DNA of 20,000 bases from an uncultured virus (IMG/VR IMGVR_UViG_3300010163_003618) (lineage: Duplodnaviria > Heunggongvirae > Uroviricota > Caudoviricetes), in IMG/VR virus record IMGVR_UViG_3300010163_003618; one strand, written 5' to 3'. A program made the translations under genes and the position numbers. Below, in pieces: positions 16,873 to 20,000 of this stretch; the stretch's first letter is position 1, and each line of letters opens with the position of its first letter. The notes under the pieces were generated by a model. That model had not been told where the DNA came from. It saw nothing but the letters and a program-made list of their open reading frames with translations, and searched no databases.

Positions 16873-17097
16873 ATGACTGTATATGTTCTTACAATGGGAA
16901 AAGATTTATACTATGCATCAGAGATTTATGAAGATGCATGCTACGAGAAAGAATATACAGAGGAAGAAACATGGCAGGGGAGGCATCAAGGTGTTAAGCT
17001 TACCCAAGTAGTAATTGATAAGGATACACCGGATAAAATGTTAATCATGTCAAATGGTGTAGCATACTCAACAGAGAGTATTATCAATTTGCTGTAA
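16873..17097 (+). CDS. Small acidic hypothetical protein, probable paralog of 16267..16671
   Basis: RBS GAGGGG. N- and C-terminal similarity to the preceding acidic protein. Confidence 0.7.
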   Translation: MTVYVLTMGKDLYYASEIYEDACYEKEYTEEETWQGRHQGVKLTQVVIDKDTPDKMLIMSNGVAYSTESIINLL

Positions 17098-17112
17098 TTA
17101 GGAGGACTACAT

Positions 17113-17237
17113 ATGAAATTTTATGCAGAGTAATTTCTACTTGGGTTGATACATTTAGCAAAGATACTACTAAGTCACAATGTTTCATTGATGCATTTGG
17201 AGATTTGAAAGAGATAAAGGAGGACATAGAGAAATGA
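17113..17237 (+). pseudogene. Frameshifted ~41-aa small ORF (or single-base sequence error)
   Basis: AGGAGG RBS plus ATG 17113 reads MKFYAE*. The -1 frame is open to TGA 17235-17237, which overlaps the next ATG (ATGA). Confidence 0.5.
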
Positions 17238-19255
17238 AAGAAACGAGCATGATTTTAATGAGTGATTTTTACAAGCAGGCTCATGCGGAACAGTATCCCA
17301 AGGGGATTACAAAACTTATCAGCTATGCAACAGCAAGAATGACACGTATGCCAAAAGAAATGTTGGGTGACAAACTGACAGTGTTCGGCATTCAGGCGTA
17401 CGTAAAGGAATTTCTGATCGACAGATTCAATGAGACATTCTTCAATGTTTCTCTTGAGGAGGCAATGGAGCAGTACAATGAGATCATCGGTGAAACATTC
17501 CAGTTGCAGTATGTAAACACTGGCAAGTTTGAGGCACTGCACAAGCTTGGATATCTGCCTGTGGAAGTAGGGTGCCTTCCGGAGGGAACAAGGGTACCTA
17601 TCAGAAGTGCGTTTGAACTTCCTGAAGGACAGTGTCAAGTACCTTTCATGTACATCATAAATACACATCCTGATTTTCCTTGGATTACAGAGTTTCTGGA
17701 AAGTGTTACCAGCTCTGAAATTTGGTACCCTATGGCAATTGCTAATCAGGCGTATTATTACAGGCAGATTGTTAATAAGTGGTACGATGTTACAGGATGC
17801 GCACCTGAAACAAGAAAGAGTGCAATCAGTGAGTTTGGATTCAGAGGCGGCAAGGGAAGTGGGGCAGCAGCATTAGCAAGTGCAGCTTTCCTGACAAGTT
17901 TCAACAAGACGGCAACAATTCCGGCAATCAATTATATCCACAACAATTATGGTGACTCCTACGGTGAGATCGGGGGTGGCATGATTTCCACTGAACATAG
18001 TGTAATGTGCAGTAACTTTGCAGTGGATGAGGAAAGATACCCTGTAATAAATACCCCATATGATAAGTACAATGTAGGTGACATTGTGAGGGTAAGAGAC
18101 GACAATTACAAGAATGAATTGTTTGAAGTAGTTAAGCATCTGACAGATCAGGAGGCGGCTGATCTTTCCCTTGAGGCAATCGATGACATAATTAAGAGCA
18201 GCAAATCCTGGCTTGTAGACGATGAGGGCAGGTTCAATGGAGATGTGGTCATTGAGGATCATACAGATAAACTCCTGTTAAGACAGGTAGACAATCTTGA
18301 GGCATTGTTCCTTAAAAGACTGTTTACAGAAATTTATCCTACTGGTGCATTGAGTGTAGTTATGGACAGCTACGATTATTGGGCAAACATCAAGAGGTGC
18401 GGCGAAGGAGCACTCAAGCAGGCAATTCTTGATAGAGATGGTACAGTATTCTTCCGTGGTGACAGTGGGGATCCGGCAGATATCATCTGCGGTATTGAGA
18501 AGCCCGAATATACAACAGCATTCATGAAGACACTTAAGAATATGATGGATTCTGACCTTACACCTGCTGAACTCAAGAGATATTGGGCAAACATGGTAGG
18601 CAGAAATATTATTCTCAGTGATGAGTCTAATGAGGACATATGGAACCTGTACCGCATTGAGAAAGATTACAGTTTTACACTTATTCGTGAGATTACTCAT
18701 GAGGAACAGGTGGGTACTACGGGTTTGCTTTGGGAGATGTTTGGTGGCACAGAAAACAAGGCAGGTTATAAGGTACTGAATAAGCATGTAAAAGTAATCT
18801 ATGGTGACAGTATCACACCTACCAGGGCAGAGAACATCTACAGAAGACTTGCCAAGAAAGGCTTTGCAGCTTGTAATGTAGCTCTGGGAGCAGGTAGCTT
18901 TTCTACCCAGTGCGCAGAAATGTTTGACGAGAACGGAAAGCAGGTACTCATTCCATTTACAAGAGACACGTATGGAATTGCAGTTAAATGCACATATTGC
19001 AGAAGTGAAAACAGTGAGTATCGGGTATTCAAGAATCCCAAGACAGACACAGGTAAGTTTAAGAAGAGTCAGAAGGGTTTGATTCATGTACAGTATGATG
19101 AAAACGGCGAGATCGTAGCATATGATGGCTTTGCTGAAAAAACGCTGCCTCCTCAGGAAAATAACTTGTTACAGCCTATCTTTCGTGACGGCAAGATGCT
19201 GAAAGAAGTAACACTGGCAGAGGTAAGACAGAGACTTCATAAGGGAGACTTCTAA
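17234..19255 (+). CDS. NAMPT-fold nicotinate/nicotinamide phosphoribosyltransferase-like protein (Namat-like) with two insertions
   Basis: DFYK.AH..QYP, EFGFRG, STEHSVMC, VMDSYD, RGDSGDP, IYGDSIT, TRDTYG.A.K, KNPKTD, KKSQKG, EVRQRL. RBS AAGGAGG at 17217-17223. Confidence 0.92.
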   Translation: MKETSMILMSDFYKQAHAEQYPKGITKLISYATARMTRMPKEMLGDKLTVFGIQAYVKEFLIDRFNETFFNVSLEEAMEQYNEIIGETFQLQYVNTGKFEALHKLGYLPVEVGCLPEGTRVPIRSAFELPEGQCQVPFMYIINTHPDFPWITEFLESVTSSEIWYPMAIANQAYYYRQIVNKWYDVTGCAPETRKSAISEFGFRGGKGSGAAALASAAFLTSFNKTATIPAINYIHNNYGDSYGEIGGGMISTEHSVMCSNFAVDEERYPVINTPYDKYNVGDIVRVRDDNYKNELFEVVKHLTDQEAADLSLEAIDDIIKSSKSWLVDDEGRFNGDVVIEDHTDKLLLRQVDNLEALFLKRLFTEIYPTGALSVVMDSYDYWANIKRCGEGALKQAILDRDGTVFFRGDSGDPADIICGIEKPEYTTAFMKTLKNMMDSDLTPAELKRYWANMVGRNIILSDESNEDIWNLYRIEKDYSFTLIREITHEEQVGTTGLLWEMFGGTENKAGYKVLNKHVKVIYGDSITPTRAENIYRRLAKKGFAACNVALGAGSFSTQCAEMFDENGKQVLIPFTRDTYGIAVKCTYCRSENSEYRVFKNPKTDTGKFKKSQKGLIHVQYDENGEIVAYDGFAEKTLPPQENNLLQPIFRDGKMLKEVTLAEVRQRLHKGDF

Positions 19256-19280
19256 GTAAAGTACAAAAAATAGGTATAAT

Positions 19281-19327
19281 AAAAGTAGTCGGAGCATATA
19301 AGATGTAATATATGCTCCGACTATTTT
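19281..19327 (+). terminator. Rho-independent terminator
   Basis: AAAAGTAGTCGGAGCATATA ... TATATGCTCCGACTATTTT. Confidence 0.85.
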
Positions 19328-19401
19328 AATTTAGGCTATATTATATACATATAAGTATATAAAGTATAATTTTTTATCATATTTTAAGGAAATAAAAATA
19401 G

Positions 19402-20000
19402 ATGAAGCAACTTTTAAAAATTGGAATGACAGATAGTATAAGTTCTATAATGCCTATAGTAATATGGTATGTAATTGGTATATTATTCATTCAAGAATAT
19501 ACTATTACATTTTATCTAACTTATTATTTTCAATTTATATTGGTATATTTATTACACTATTAGTGGATGCACATATAATATATGAGAAAAAGCATGAATA
19601 TAAGGATTATAACTATTCATTTTCAGCAATAGTATTAAGCACAATATTATTGATAATAGTAAATATAGTAGTTATACTTAATATAAAAAGACTATTTACA
19701 TACTGGAACATAGATATAAACATATACAAAGAAGTGTATATAATGTCTATTATAGAGTTAAGCTTAGATTTTTTGATATTATCATTTAAATCATTATTAC
19801 AACTAGAAGAAAAATATGGAATAGTATTTAAAATGCAATCAGCATATAATTTTATTAAAGTAATAGTAACATTAGGTATAAGGGTATTTACAAATAATAT
19901 AAAGATATATTGCATTGTACACATAGTAATTGCATCAATATTAACAGCATATTTAGTTTATTATGCAATAAATAATTTAATAGATATATATATATATATA
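19402..20000 (+). pseudogene. Polytopic membrane protein gene, apparently frameshifted near 19540, running off the window end
   Basis: ATG 19402 (AAGGA upstream) reads MKQLLKIG...TYYFQFI and stops at TAG 19561-19563. The -1 frame continues as hydrophobic protein (GIFITLLVDAH...FSAIVLSTILLIIVNIVVIL...) with no stop to 20000. Confidence 0.55.

Noticed and set aside
18008..18295. Possible intein in the NAMPT-like gene
   Set aside because: The Cys belongs to the conserved EHSVMC motif, there is no terminal His-Asn followed by Cys/Ser/Thr, and no LAGLIDADG motif.
18278..19087. 269-aa minus-strand ORF and the other antisense ORFs in the track
   Set aside because: They shadow well-supported + strand genes and show no recognisable motifs.
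19561..19563. Stop-codon reassignment (TAG read-through)
   Set aside because: Reading through TAG 19561 hits TAA five codons later, TAG ends genes normally at 1737 and 8227, and long genes are intact under code 11.
1..20000. CRISPR array, tRNA, rRNA, transposase, integrase or DGR template/variable repeat
   Set aside because: No regularly spaced repeats, cloverleafs or mobile-element proteins seen. The 69-bp repeat has no adenine-specific mismatches and no reverse transcriptase is present.

Overview
AT-rich, gene-dense window in which every credible gene lies on the + strand, organised into short units with near-consensus sigmaA promoters and intrinsic terminators. This looks most like an auxiliary or host-takeover region of a large phage (or other large mobile element) of a Firmicute; that is inference, since no virion or integrase gene is present. 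Contents: (1) a Ter stress cluster (AIM24-like gene plus three TerD genes carrying four TerD domains); (2) a dispersed NAD+ module with an NrtR-like Nudix regulator, a PncA nicotinamidase, a PRPP-synthetase-like (Adps-like) gene and a NAMPT-fold (Namat-like) gene; (3) two paralogous GT-C-like polytopic membrane proteins sharing an exact 69-bp block; (4) SleB-like and 3D-domain cell-wall proteins, a stand-alone M41-like peptidase, a vWA protein and several hypotheticals. The best candidate for a new system is a nicotinate-using, ADP-ribose-sensing variant of phage NAD+ reconstitution, because the NAMPT-fold enzyme has Ala at the position of the nicotinamide-selecting Asp and co-occurs with a nicotinamidase. 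Two apparently frameshifted genes missed by the ORF track are also reported.
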